From a bacterium (GTDB lineage: Bacteria > Patescibacteriota > Minisyncoccia > Moranbacterales > UBA1568): a stretch of 64,000 nucleotides of DNA. The translations under genes were made by a program, and so were the position numbers. The notes beneath the pieces were generated by a model. The model searched no databases, was not told the DNA's origin, and worked only from the letters and a program-made list of their open reading frames with translations. The stretch's first letter is position 1, and each line of letters starts with the position of its first letter. The stretch is taken from the NCBI GenBank assembly GCA_021821305.1, contig JAKACP010000001.1, positions 132,934 to 196,933 of the forward strand, read 5' to 3'. Shown piece after piece: positions 18,503 through 27,350 of this stretch.

Positions 18503-19749
18503 TATCACCGGAATTTTTTCTGAAAACGATGCTGTTTCTCGCTTTCCTTCTTTTCCCCTTCGCCCAGGAACGGCTGGTCATATTCGGGATACCGGTCTAT
18601 GCGCTCGAATTCCTGACCATCCTTTCCGGTAGCGCTTTCCTCTTCGGTATATGGAAAGGATCGATCGCGGTGAAACGGATACCGAGAGGGCTGCTATGGG
18701 GCGCAGGGCTCCTCTTCGGCGGTGCGGCCATATCGCTCCTCATGAACGGAGTCGATCGGGAAGGGCTCGGAGCTCTCAAGAGCTGGATACTGTTCCCGAT
18801 GCTGTTCGCGTTCCTGGCGTACCAGGGAATTTCCACTCCCAGTCAAAAAAACGCGGCGCTTCTCCTGTGGTTCGTGGGAATTTCCCTGGTGGCATCCGCC
18901 ACCTTCCTTATACCGAGCTTGTCCACGGAAACGTATGACGGTCGCCTCCGCTCCTTTTTCCCGTCCCCGAACCACCTCGCGATGTTTCTCGTCCCCGGCG
19001 CCGTGATCGGATCATTCCTCCTCTCGCGGTGCATGAAGCCTCTGCCGAAAGGGGGTCTCACGCCGAACCTCTTCGTGATAGCGCTCATGCTTTCGATCGT
19101 CATCGGCGCACTCCTCAAAACCGAATCTCTCGGCGGGGTGGTCGGTTTCGCCTCGGCCGTCGCCGTTCTCCTCGCCTCCTCCTCCCTTCAGCCTCACATT
19201 CTCCGGAAATCGGCCCCGATCCTTTTCCTCTGCGCCGTCGCGATCGTCGGATGTATCGCCTTTTCGGTCGATTGGGCGAGTCTCGCAAGCGGAGAAACCC
19301 GGACATCACTCGGATCCCGGGTGATGATATGGAACACGTCGCTCAGCCTGATAACCGAACATCCGGTAGCGGGGATAGGGATGAGAAATTTCGAGGAGGC
19401 ATACCTCGCCTTGCAACCGTTCTTTCCGTCGTACCTCGAGTGGGCGGTGCCGCATCCGCACAATATCGTGCTCGCCTTCTGGCTCTTCACCGGAGTCGTG
19501 GGGCTCATCGGCTTCCTGACGCTCGTTATTCTCACCGTCAGCTCGCTCCTGGATCGCCTGTCGTCCGGAACCGATCCGGAGGCTCGCCGATTCCACGGGC
19601 TCATGCTGGCGCTCCTGGTGGCGCTCCTGGTGCAGGGGCTCGTCGATACGCCGTACTTCAGGAATGATCTCAGTTTCTTCTTCTGGGCGATCGTAGCGTT
19701 GTCCGCAATTCTGTCCGGAGATGGAAAGCGTGGTTCCGATGCTTCCTGA
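18499..19749 (+). CDS. O-antigen ligase / Wzy-like family membrane protein (paralogue)
   Basis: Same architecture and motifs (HPVAGIGMRNFE...PHPHNIVLAFWLFTGVVG); ATGA overlap with the previous gene. Confidence 0.75.
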   Translation: MISPEFFLKTMLFLAFLLFPFAQERLVIFGIPVYALEFLTILSGSAFLFGIWKGSIAVKRIPRGLLWGAGLLFGGAAISLLMNGVDREGLGALKSWILFPMLFAFLAYQGISTPSQKNAALLLWFVGISLVASATFLIPSLSTETYDGRLRSFFPSPNHLAMFLVPGAVIGSFLLSRCMKPLPKGGLTPNLFVIALMLSIVIGALLKTESLGGVVGFASAVAVLLASSSLQPHILRKSAPILFLCAVAIVGCIAFSVDWASLASGETRTSLGSRVMIWNTSLSLITEHPVAGIGMRNFEEAYLALQPFFPSYLEWAVPHPHNIVLAFWLFTGVVGLIGFLTLVILTVSSLLDRLSSGTDPEARRFHGLMLALLVALLVQGLVDTPYFRNDLSFFFWAIVALSAILSGDGKRGSDAS

Positions 19750-19894
19750 TAGGCTCTGAAACATTCCCATCCGGTACAAATTTTTTCTCGGAGCAAAACT
19801 TGTACCGGAACGGAGTCTTGCGGGTATGTCAAAAAACGGAAAAGGCGCCGAAGCGCCGGAAGAAGTCTTATAAAACATCGAGTCGTATCGACCG

Positions 19895-21034
19895 TTACAG
19901 CCGTATGCGGTAGAGCTTCTTGTCGATCCGGTTCGTGAAGAAGAGGAACCCCTCGTTCGGATCGAGGAAGAGATCGATGCTATCAAGCTCTCCCGGAATG
20001 TTCTCGGGATCGACGATGCGCTCTTTTTTCCCCGTTTCGACGTCCATTTTCCAGAAGGAATCCGTCGTATGGATGGGCCGGTCGAAATAGTCGTTCGGGA
20101 GGACCACTCCTTCCGGCATGGAGAGAGGAAGCGCGTAGTAGAGCGTCTTGCTGTCCTTCGACCAGACGGCTTTCGATACGAACGTCGGTATCTGTATCGT
20201 GTGGTACTCCGCTCCGTTGCTATTGGCCAGTCCGAGCCAGATGGCGCCGCCGCTTTTTTCGGTGACCGAGCTCACAAGGAGACGCTCTCCGTTCGGGGAC
20301 CAGAGATAGCTCCCGCCGAATTTCCCGGAAAATATCCTCTTCGGTTCCCCGCCGGCCACGGGGATGGTGTAGAGATTCGTCTCCTCATGCCCGTTCGGCC
20401 GTGTCCAGAACGAGATGATCGCCGAGTTCGGGACAGTGGCGATGAACGGGTTCGCGAAGGGCGATTTTCCGATCTCTTTCCATTCGCTGCCATCGGGGTT
20501 CGCGGTGTTGATACCGGTTTTCCCGTCTGCGGGGTCCGTGTAGAAATAGAATATCTTTCCGCCGATATTGGCCCATGACGGCGAGGCAAGGCCCGCCTTG
20601 AGCGGGAGCACCGCCTTGTCCACTATCCGGACAAGGTGCCATCGTTGGCCGTCGGCGGTATCGATGAGCGCGAGTATTTGTTCCCGATCGGGAGACCAGA
20701 GAGCGCGGAGCACCTGCCCCGGAAGATTGTCGATCAAGGTCTCTTCCGCTCCTCCGCCGAGAGAGACTTTTTTCAGCGACGTAGCGTTGAAAAAACCGAT
20801 GAAAGTATCATCGAGTGTCGCCGCCCCGGAAGTTTCGATGTCGGTGACCTTCTCTATCGGTGCGTTCTTGAGCTTTTCGAGGAATCCCTTCTCGGCCTCC
20901 TCTTTCGCCTCCTCTTTCGCTTGTTCGTTGGTGGTCGGATTTCCCGGATTGTTCTTGAAGGCGAAGTTGTATACCCCCAGAAAGAGGAGTGTCACCGCGA
21001 AGAGCCCGAGAGATATGGCGAAGAGTTTTTTCAT
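19895..21034 (-). CDS. secreted TolB-like beta-propeller (PD40/WD40-like repeat) protein
   Basis: Signal peptide MKKLFAISLGLFAVTLLF; repeated ...W(S)PDG/PNG... blades (ALWSPDREQ, YLWSPNGERL, AVWSKDSKTLYY). Confidence 0.6.
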   Translation of the reverse strand: MKKLFAISLGLFAVTLLFLGVYNFAFKNNPGNPTTNEQAKEEAKEEAEKGFLEKLKNAPIEKVTDIETSGAATLDDTFIGFFNATSLKKVSLGGGAEETLIDNLPGQVLRALWSPDREQILALIDTADGQRWHLVRIVDKAVLPLKAGLASPSWANIGGKIFYFYTDPADGKTGINTANPDGSEWKEIGKSPFANPFIATVPNSAIISFWTRPNGHEETNLYTIPVAGGEPKRIFSGKFGGSYLWSPNGERLLVSSVTEKSGGAIWLGLANSNGAEYHTIQIPTFVSKAVWSKDSKTLYYALPLSMPEGVVLPNDYFDRPIHTTDSFWKMDVETGKKERIVDPENIPGELDSIDLFLDPNEGFLFFTNRIDKKLYRIRL

Positions 21035-21067
21035 TGAAGCGCTTTGAGACGGTGATCGGAAGCGATC

Positions 21068-22039
21068 TTATTGGACCTGGATGTGGATGTGATTCGGTCC
21101 GGAGGAGCAGGGAACGAATTTTCCGCTGTTATCGCAGATGGCGACCGGTCTCTTGCCTGCGTAGGTTCCGGTATTGAGCTTGTTGAATATATCGGCCATC
21201 TGTTGGTATCCTATCCCGCCCGTCGGTACGATATCGACCCCTATTCCTTTGTAGTGGGTGGAGTTCGTCGAGTGGCTTCCTCCCGCGACACTCGTCACGG
21301 TGAATCCGTAACTCGGATTCATTCCTTTGATCGTGGTGGCGAGTTGGGAGAGTCCCGAGGCGATGCCCGGATGGAGAGTGGATTTCCCGTTGCAGAGACT
21401 GGTCGTATTGTTGCATCCCTTATGGCATGTGATCATCTGGTTTCCCGCGGCTGTTTCCTGAATGTTCCCTTTCGGAAGCACCGGGCCCGCGTTTGAACTG
21501 CAACTTGCCGATGTCCCCCAGCTCACGTTGGAAGCGGAGAGGAGGCTCGATGCCGCCGCTTGAGCGGAAGCGATCGGAGGCGCCGGCGTCCCGAAGTCCC
21601 CTGTGGGAGTTCCGCTCGGTTGGGATGGCGTATAGGAAACCGTCCCGCCGACTGCGCTGAACCTCGACAGGTTCAGGTTGACGAGGTCAGGGTTGATCAC
21701 ATTGAGAATGAGGTAGGCGAGGAGCGCCAAGACGAGCCCGATGAGCGCATCGGAGATATATCCCTTTGCCCGGGAGAGGGTCGCGGTGTTTCCGCCGCTC
21801 GTCATGTAGACGAATCCCCCGACGGTGAGCATGAAGAGAGCCGCTATCCCGACGGTCCAGATGCCGAACTTGTATATGCCGCTTACGTAATCCGGAAGCG
21901 TAGTGGCTCCTGTGGCGCCGGGAATCTGCTCGAGCGGGGTATAGGTGAAGCCTTGCCCGAGCGTAGCGGACGGAGCGGCGAAGAGAAATCCGACGAGTAC
22001 TGCGGCGAACACGGACGCGAAGATGGTTCGTGATTTCAT
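21068..22039 (-). CDS. TrbC/VirB2-like two-TM pilin-type N-domain fused to a Cys-rich LAS/M15-like metallopeptidase C-domain
   Basis: Signal peptide plus two TM helices (GIYKFGIWTVGIAALFMLTVGG ... ISDALIGLVLALLAYLILNV). C-terminal STHYKGIGVD (S-x-H-x-x-G-x-G-x-D = H-x6-D) and terminal HIHIQ (H-x-H), as in M15/LAS zinc peptidases. Upstream: TATACT -10 and GGAGGAG RBS. Confidence 0.5.
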   Translation of the reverse strand: MKSRTIFASVFAAVLVGFLFAAPSATLGQGFTYTPLEQIPGATGATTLPDYVSGIYKFGIWTVGIAALFMLTVGGFVYMTSGGNTATLSRAKGYISDALIGLVLALLAYLILNVINPDLVNLNLSRFSAVGGTVSYTPSQPSGTPTGDFGTPAPPIASAQAAASSLLSASNVSWGTSASCSSNAGPVLPKGNIQETAAGNQMITCHKGCNNTTSLCNGKSTLHPGIASGLSQLATTIKGMNPSYGFTVTSVAGGSHSTNSTHYKGIGVDIVPTGGIGYQQMADIFNKLNTGTYAGKRPVAICDNSGKFVPCSSGPNHIHIQVQ

Positions 22040-22084
22040 ATGTTTGTTATTTTTCTCCTCCAGTATAGCGCATTTTCAGCGAAA

Positions 22085-22144
22085 GAAAAAACCCTGTGAA
22101 ATCCTGCTAGGCAGGAATCCGCAGAAGCGGATTATTTCACAGGG
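22085..22144 (-). terminator. nrdAB operon terminator, formed by three-way-junction element copy R2
   Basis: On the minus strand: CCCTGTGAAAT / AATCCGCttctGCGGATT / CCTGCctaGCAGG / ATTTCACAGGG followed by TTTTTTC. Same element as 2918..2969, with covarying base pairs. Confidence 0.55.
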
Positions 22145-22206
22145 TAAATCAAATCCAGAATAAAACCCGGATTTCATTGGATTTATTCCTCATTCGGTAT
22201 TCGTCT

Positions 22207-23265
22207 TCAAAAGTCCCAGCTTCCGTTCATGCTCGAGGATTGGGTATAGTTGACGACCGTCGTCTCGAAGAAATTGCCTTTGTCGGAGTTCGGGTCCTGG
22301 AGCCGATCGAGGTGCTTGTAGGGGTTTTCGACGGCTTCCGGGTAGAGTGGGGCTATTCCGAGCATACCGAGGCGGTTGTTGGCGAGCCACCGCGTGTAGC
22401 TCTGGGTCGTGTCTCCGTTGAGGCCCGGGATACGGTCTCCGAGTATGTGCCTCGACCACTCGATTTCCTGTTTGACGGCCGTGTCCATCATGTCCACGAT
22501 GAGTTTCTCATCGTAGATTTCCGGGAACTCCCGCCGGATCTCGCGGATGAGGTTGGCGAATATCGTGATGTGGGTCAGCTCGTCTCGGCGGATATAGGCG
22601 ATCATGCGACCGGTCGCGAGCATCTTCATGTGATCGACGAGCGTGTCGAAGAACGCGAACCCGTTGTAGAAATAGATCGATTCGAGGAGGAAGTTCGCCA
22701 CGATACCTCGGAAGAACGTCGCATCCGACGGATCGTCGATGAAATCCTGATAAATGGATCCGATGTACTTGTTGCGTTCGAGGAGGATCTTGTCCGTGCG
22801 CCAGAAGTAGTAGATCTCGTCGCGCTCCTCGCTCTCGACGACCGACTCGAGGATGGTGGCGTAGGACTGGGAGTGGATCGCCTCCTGGTAGGCCTGGATC
22901 GAGAGGATGAGGTTGACCTCGGGCGAAGTGACGTAGTCGGAGAAGTGCGGGAGATTCACCGTCTGTATGGAGTCGAGGAAGATGAGGAACGAGAGCACTC
23001 CCTTGTAGGCGCGCTGTTCGTCGTCGGTGAGCTCGGAATGGAACATCCGGGCGTCGTCCTTGAGCCCCGAGACCTTTTCCGGCACCCAGAAATTCCCGAC
23101 CATCACCTGGTAGAGGGATTTCGCCCACGGGTACTTCGTGGTATTGAGGTTGAAGAGCCCCGTGGTCGATCCCTTGATGATGGTGCGGCGTTCCACCTCG
23201 TCGTGCCCCTCCGGATTGAAGATGGCGTTCCGGTGTATTTTTTCAGTCATAGCCCTTGGAGTCAT
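22207..23265 (-). CDS. nrdB: ribonucleotide reductase class I beta subunit
   Basis: Di-iron ligands and radical site in EAIHSQSY...FLLESIYFYNGFAFF...RDELTH; lies downstream of nrdA. Confidence 0.9.
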   Translation of the reverse strand: MTPRAMTEKIHRNAIFNPEGHDEVERRTIIKGSTTGLFNLNTTKYPWAKSLYQVMVGNFWVPEKVSGLKDDARMFHSELTDDEQRAYKGVLSFLIFLDSIQTVNLPHFSDYVTSPEVNLILSIQAYQEAIHSQSYATILESVVESEERDEIYYFWRTDKILLERNKYIGSIYQDFIDDPSDATFFRGIVANFLLESIYFYNGFAFFDTLVDHMKMLATGRMIAYIRRDELTHITIFANLIREIRREFPEIYDEKLIVDMMDTAVKQEIEWSRHILGDRIPGLNGDTTQSYTRWLANNRLGMLGIAPLYPEAVENPYKHLDRLQDPNSDKGNFFETTVVNYTQSSSMNGSWDF

Positions 23266-23283
23266 TTCGTGATCCGTCCCGAA

Positions 23284-25899
23284 TTATCCCGAACAGTTGA
23301 CACAGTCGTCCTTCACTTCGCCCGAGAGACTTCGTACGTAGTAGACGGTCTTGATGCCCTGCTCCCAGGTCTTGATGTAGTAGCCGAAGAGCTGTTCCGG
23401 CGAGACGCGCGAGGGGTCGATCATCCATTCGAAGCTGATCGACTGGTCCACCCACTTGTAGACGACCGAGATCATATCGATGACGTCGTTCATGTCCATG
23501 TTCACGTACTCCTTGTAGTACCAGAAGTTCTCCTTGTCGAGCTTGGGGGCGACGCGGACGGTCGGCGCGGAGAGGTTGGTTTCGACGAAATAGCGCTTGT
23601 ATATGGGGAGAAGCGCGGCCGTGGTGCCGACGACGCCCGCCGTCGAGGTGTTCGGGGCCGGAGCGGTGTGGTAGCCGAACCGTACGCCGTACTTGCGCAT
23701 GTCGTCGAAGATATCGTCCCAGGCCTTCCCGTGTTCCGTGTTGAGCGAGAACCACTCCCGGTTCTGTCCGAGGATGACCCCCTTGTCGTATTCGCTTCCC
23801 TTGTAGAGCGGGTAGTGTCCGCGCTCCTTCGCGAGGTCGACCGACGAGCGGTAGGTATGGTACGCGTACCGGGAGAAGATTTTGTCGACGAGGTTCCGGG
23901 CCTCCTCGCTGTCGTACGCGAGCTTTCTCGTGGCGAGGAATTCGGCGAGCCCCAGGTACCCGAGGCCGATCGACCGGTACCGCATGGCGGTCCGCTCCGC
24001 TTCCTTGATGGGGTAGAAGTTGAGAGTGATGACGTTGTCGAGGACGCGCATGACGACCGGGAAGACCTCGGCCATCGTTTCCTCCTCGGACACCGTGGCC
24101 ACATTGATCGAGGCGAGGTTGCAGACGACGAGATCGCCGGGATCGTACCGGATGACGATGGTCCCGTCCTCGATCTCTTCCTCGACGAACCGGCTCGCCG
24201 AGGTGTTCTGGCAGATCTCGGTGCACAGCTGGGTCGAGTAGACGTTGCCTGCGTGCTTGTTCGGGTTCAGCCGGTTCACGGTGTCGCGGAAGAAGACATA
24301 GGGCATGCCGGTTTCCACCACGGACTTGAGGAACTTCTTGAAGAGGTCCTTGGCCTTCACGGTGCGCTTCATCGTGAGCGAGTCGTCTTTCTCGAGCGTC
24401 TCGTAGAACTTCTCGAACGCTTCCCCGAAATGGTCCTGGAGCGATTTGCCGTATTTGTCCGAGATCTCGTGCGGATCGAAAAGGGTCCAGTCCCCGTTCT
24501 CCTTCACGCGGCGCATGAAGAGATCCGGTACGGAGATCGACGGGAAGATGTCGAACGCCTTCGACCGGATGTCTCCGGTTTCCGTCTGCAGGTCGAGGAA
24601 GTCATAGATATCCCCGTGCCAGGCGTCGAGCGTGACCGAGATGGCGCCGAGCCGGGATCCGAGCTGATTGACGGCGACCGCGGTGTCGTTGATGACCTTG
24701 ATCCACGGGTTCACGCCGCCGGACATCCCGAGGACGCCGCGTATGGCGCTTCCGCGCGACCGGATGTTTCCGAGGTAGACGCCGACCCCGCCGCCGAATT
24801 TCGAGATCTGCGCCATGTTCTCGATGGCATGGTAGATGCCGCGCAGATCGTCGTCGACATTGATCTTGAAGCACGAGGAGAGCTGGTGGTAGTTGGTCCG
24901 GGAGTTGAGCAGGGTCGGGGTCGGGAGCGATATGCGTTGTTCCGAGCAGTGCCGATAGACCTTGAAGGCGAAATCGAGACGGGTCTCGTCGGATTCCGGG
25001 ATCGCAAGGAAGAGCGCGATCGACATGTACATCTCCTGCGGGAGCTCCTTGACGATCTTGTTCGGGTTCAGAAGATACCGTTTGGCGAGGGAGAGGAGCG
25101 TCGTATATTCGTACCGCTCGTCGATATCCGTCGAGAGGAGCGCTCCGGCCTTGAGGATGTCCTCCTTGGAATAGTATTTGTAGAAGTCCTTGTAATAGAG
25201 TCCGTCCCGCACGTATTCGTCGAACAGCGCCGCGTAGGCCGCCGGAGAATAGATGTCCTTCTGCGCGAGCCCGCGGTTCTTGACCGCCTGCTTGTAGAGC
25301 GTCCCGAGGAATATCCTCGCGGCGACCTGCTGCCAGGCGATGTTCTCCACCGTGACGAGGTCGATACAGGTCTTGACGAGGAGCTTGCCGATATCGGATG
25401 TCTTGATATCCTCGACGATGTTCTTCTTGAACGTTTCCATGAGATCCTCGAAGCGGCACTCCGCCTCGTACCCCTTGGCGGCCCGGTCGAACACCGCGCG
25501 GATCTTCGCGAAATCGAACGCCTCCTTCGACCCGTCCGCCTTGGTCACCTTGAGCGATCGGTTCTCGAACTGCTCGATGAGCTTCTCCTTCTTCTCCTCG
25601 CGCTCCTCCTTCCGCTTCTCGCGATAGATGATGTAGGCCTTGGCGACCTCGAACTTGTTCGCCTTGACGAGATTGCGCTCGACGATGTCCTGGATATCCT
25701 CGACCGCCGGAGTCCGGTTGACGAAGATGTCCGTGTAGACATGCTCGATGTCGCGTATGACGGTATCGGTCAGCTCGGGGATGAATCCTTTCTCGGTCTC
25801 GCCGATGGCGTCGCACGCGAGCGCGATCGCGTTCTCGATCTTCGATCGGTCGAAGTCGACCACCTCTCCGTCTCGCCGCTTGATTTTCGTGAGGGGCAT
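23284..25899 (-). CDS. nrdA: ribonucleotide reductase class I alpha subunit with N-terminal ATP-cone
   Basis: 871 aa; ATP-cone (KIKRRDGEVVDFDRSKIENAI), catalytic NSRTN...CFKIN, C-terminal redox Cys pair (CVNCSG). Confidence 0.95.
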   Translation of the reverse strand: MPLTKIKRRDGEVVDFDRSKIENAIALACDAIGETEKGFIPELTDTVIRDIEHVYTDIFVNRTPAVEDIQDIVERNLVKANKFEVAKAYIIYREKRKEEREEKKEKLIEQFENRSLKVTKADGSKEAFDFAKIRAVFDRAAKGYEAECRFEDLMETFKKNIVEDIKTSDIGKLLVKTCIDLVTVENIAWQQVAARIFLGTLYKQAVKNRGLAQKDIYSPAAYAALFDEYVRDGLYYKDFYKYYSKEDILKAGALLSTDIDERYEYTTLLSLAKRYLLNPNKIVKELPQEMYMSIALFLAIPESDETRLDFAFKVYRHCSEQRISLPTPTLLNSRTNYHQLSSCFKINVDDDLRGIYHAIENMAQISKFGGGVGVYLGNIRSRGSAIRGVLGMSGGVNPWIKVINDTAVAVNQLGSRLGAISVTLDAWHGDIYDFLDLQTETGDIRSKAFDIFPSISVPDLFMRRVKENGDWTLFDPHEISDKYGKSLQDHFGEAFEKFYETLEKDDSLTMKRTVKAKDLFKKFLKSVVETGMPYVFFRDTVNRLNPNKHAGNVYSTQLCTEICQNTSASRFVEEEIEDGTIVIRYDPGDLVVCNLASINVATVSEEETMAEVFPVVMRVLDNVITLNFYPIKEAERTAMRYRSIGLGYLGLAEFLATRKLAYDSEEARNLVDKIFSRYAYHTYRSSVDLAKERGHYPLYKGSEYDKGVILGQNREWFSLNTEHGKAWDDIFDDMRKYGVRFGYHTAPAPNTSTAGVVGTTAALLPIYKRYFVETNLSAPTVRVAPKLDKENFWYYKEYVNMDMNDVIDMISVVYKWVDQSISFEWMIDPSRVSPEQLFGYYIKTWEQGIKTVYYVRSLSGEVKDDCVNCSG

Positions 25900-25958
25900 A
25901 GGGTTTTCTTTTGTTGCTGATTGTAATCGGTTCCCTCCAGAACCTCATCAAAAATCAA

Positions 25959-26522
25959 TTACGCGAGCCGTTTTTCCGCCTCGCTCCAGTCTACGGACGC
26001 GAAGAATGCGGTGATGTAATCCGCGCGCTTGAGTCCGTAGTCGATCATGAACGCGTGTTCGAAGACGTCCATGACGAGGAGCGGCGTCGCGCCGGCGAGG
26101 TGTCCCAGGTCATGCTCGTTCACCCAGATATTGAACAGTTTGTTCTGCTTCGTGTCATGGACGAGCATGACCCACCCGATGCCGCGCATGGTCCCGATGC
26201 CGATGAAGTCCTTCTTCCACTCCTCGACGCTTCCGAAGTCGGCTGCGATCTTCTTCGCGAGCGCGCCGTCCCCGAGGGACGAGCCGCCCTTCTTCATGTT
26301 GCCGAAGTAGAGCTCATGGAGACGCATGCCGTTCCATTCCCATCCGAACCGCCGATGCAGTTCGGAATATTCCGGCGTCCCCGGCTCAGCGGCCAGGAGC
26401 AGTTCCACGAGCTTGTTCGTGTTGTTCACGTAACCCTCGTAGAGCGCGAAGTGATTGGTGAGAAGCGTGTCCGAGAACCCTTCGGTTCCGAGGAGATGCG
26501 AGAAGTCGTGCGCGGCGTACAT
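25959..26522 (-). CDS. sod: Fe/Mn superoxide dismutase
   Basis: Metal ligand contexts NHF, LHELYF, DVFEHAFMIDY; C-terminal domain WVNEHDLGHLAGATPLLVMDVFEHA. Confidence 0.9.
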   Translation of the reverse strand: MYAAHDFSHLLGTEGFSDTLLTNHFALYEGYVNNTNKLVELLLAAEPGTPEYSELHRRFGWEWNGMRLHELYFGNMKKGGSSLGDGALAKKIAADFGSVEEWKKDFIGIGTMRGIGWVMLVHDTKQNKLFNIWVNEHDLGHLAGATPLLVMDVFEHAFMIDYGLKRADYITAFFASVDWSEAEKRLA

Positions 26523-26534
26523 ATTTTTTTGTTT

Positions 26535-27152
26535 TTAGATTTTTCCGACGAGATCGATACCCGGCTTGAGCGTCTTCTTTCCCGGCTGCCATTTCGCTGG
26601 GCACACTTCACCTCCGTGCTCACGGACGAACTGCGCGGCCTGGAGCTTGCGGATCAACTCGTCCGAGCTGCGTCCGATGTTGTTGGAGTTCACTTCGAAC
26701 GACTGGAGTACTCCGTCCGGGTCGACGATGAACGTGCCGCGACGCGCGAGACCTTCGTCCTCGCCTTCTTCTATATAGACGCCGAGCATCCGCGAGAGTA
26801 CGCCGGCCGGATCCGCGAGCATCGGGTACTTCACCTTCTTGATCGCGTCCGAGTGATCATGCCACGCCTTGTGGGTGAATTTCGTGTCGGTGCTCACCGA
26901 AACGATCTCCGCACCGAGCTCCTGGAACTTCGCATAGTTGTCGGCGAGGTCTTCGAGCTCCGTCGGGCAGACGAACGTGAAGTCCGCCGGGTAGAAGAAA
27001 ATGATGAGCCATTTTCCCTCGTAGTCCGAAAGATGCGTCTTCTTGAACGTTTCTCCGTGGTACACTTCACCGCCGAAATCGGGAATTTTTTCCCCGATGA
27101 TGGGCAGCATATTTCCGCTACCGCACCCGTCTCCACAGCTATTTCCACACAT
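26535..27152 (-). CDS. peroxiredoxin (AhpC/Tsa 2-Cys family)
   Basis: FTFVCPTEL peroxidatic Cys motif; C-terminal resolving Cys region (GEVCPAKW). Confidence 0.9.
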   Translation of the reverse strand: MCGNSCGDGCGSGNMLPIIGEKIPDFGGEVYHGETFKKTHLSDYEGKWLIIFFYPADFTFVCPTELEDLADNYAKFQELGAEIVSVSTDTKFTHKAWHDHSDAIKKVKYPMLADPAGVLSRMLGVYIEEGEDEGLARRGTFIVDPDGVLQSFEVNSNNIGRSSDELIRKLQAAQFVREHGGEVCPAKWQPGKKTLKPGIDLVGKI

Positions 27153-27350
27153 AGTCGTACGTGTTATTGTTTAGTTCGACGCTCCTTTAGAGTGTCTCAT
27201 CATAATAGGATTCTCCTGAAAGAATGTCAAATATGGCCATATGAAGCCATTATTTCGATAATCGTCAAGGTGTGTTCACGAAATATCGTCGAAAAAACAA
27301 CAACATATTGTGTTTTGACAGATTGAAAATAACGATAGGTAGTCCATTCT

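Noticed and set aside
22177-25920. 1247-aa ORF on the plus strand
   Set aside because: Runs antisense to nrdA and nrdB, which have unambiguous conserved RNR motifs on the minus strand. Arg/Val/Asp/Glu-rich low-complexity translation typical of high-GC antisense frames.
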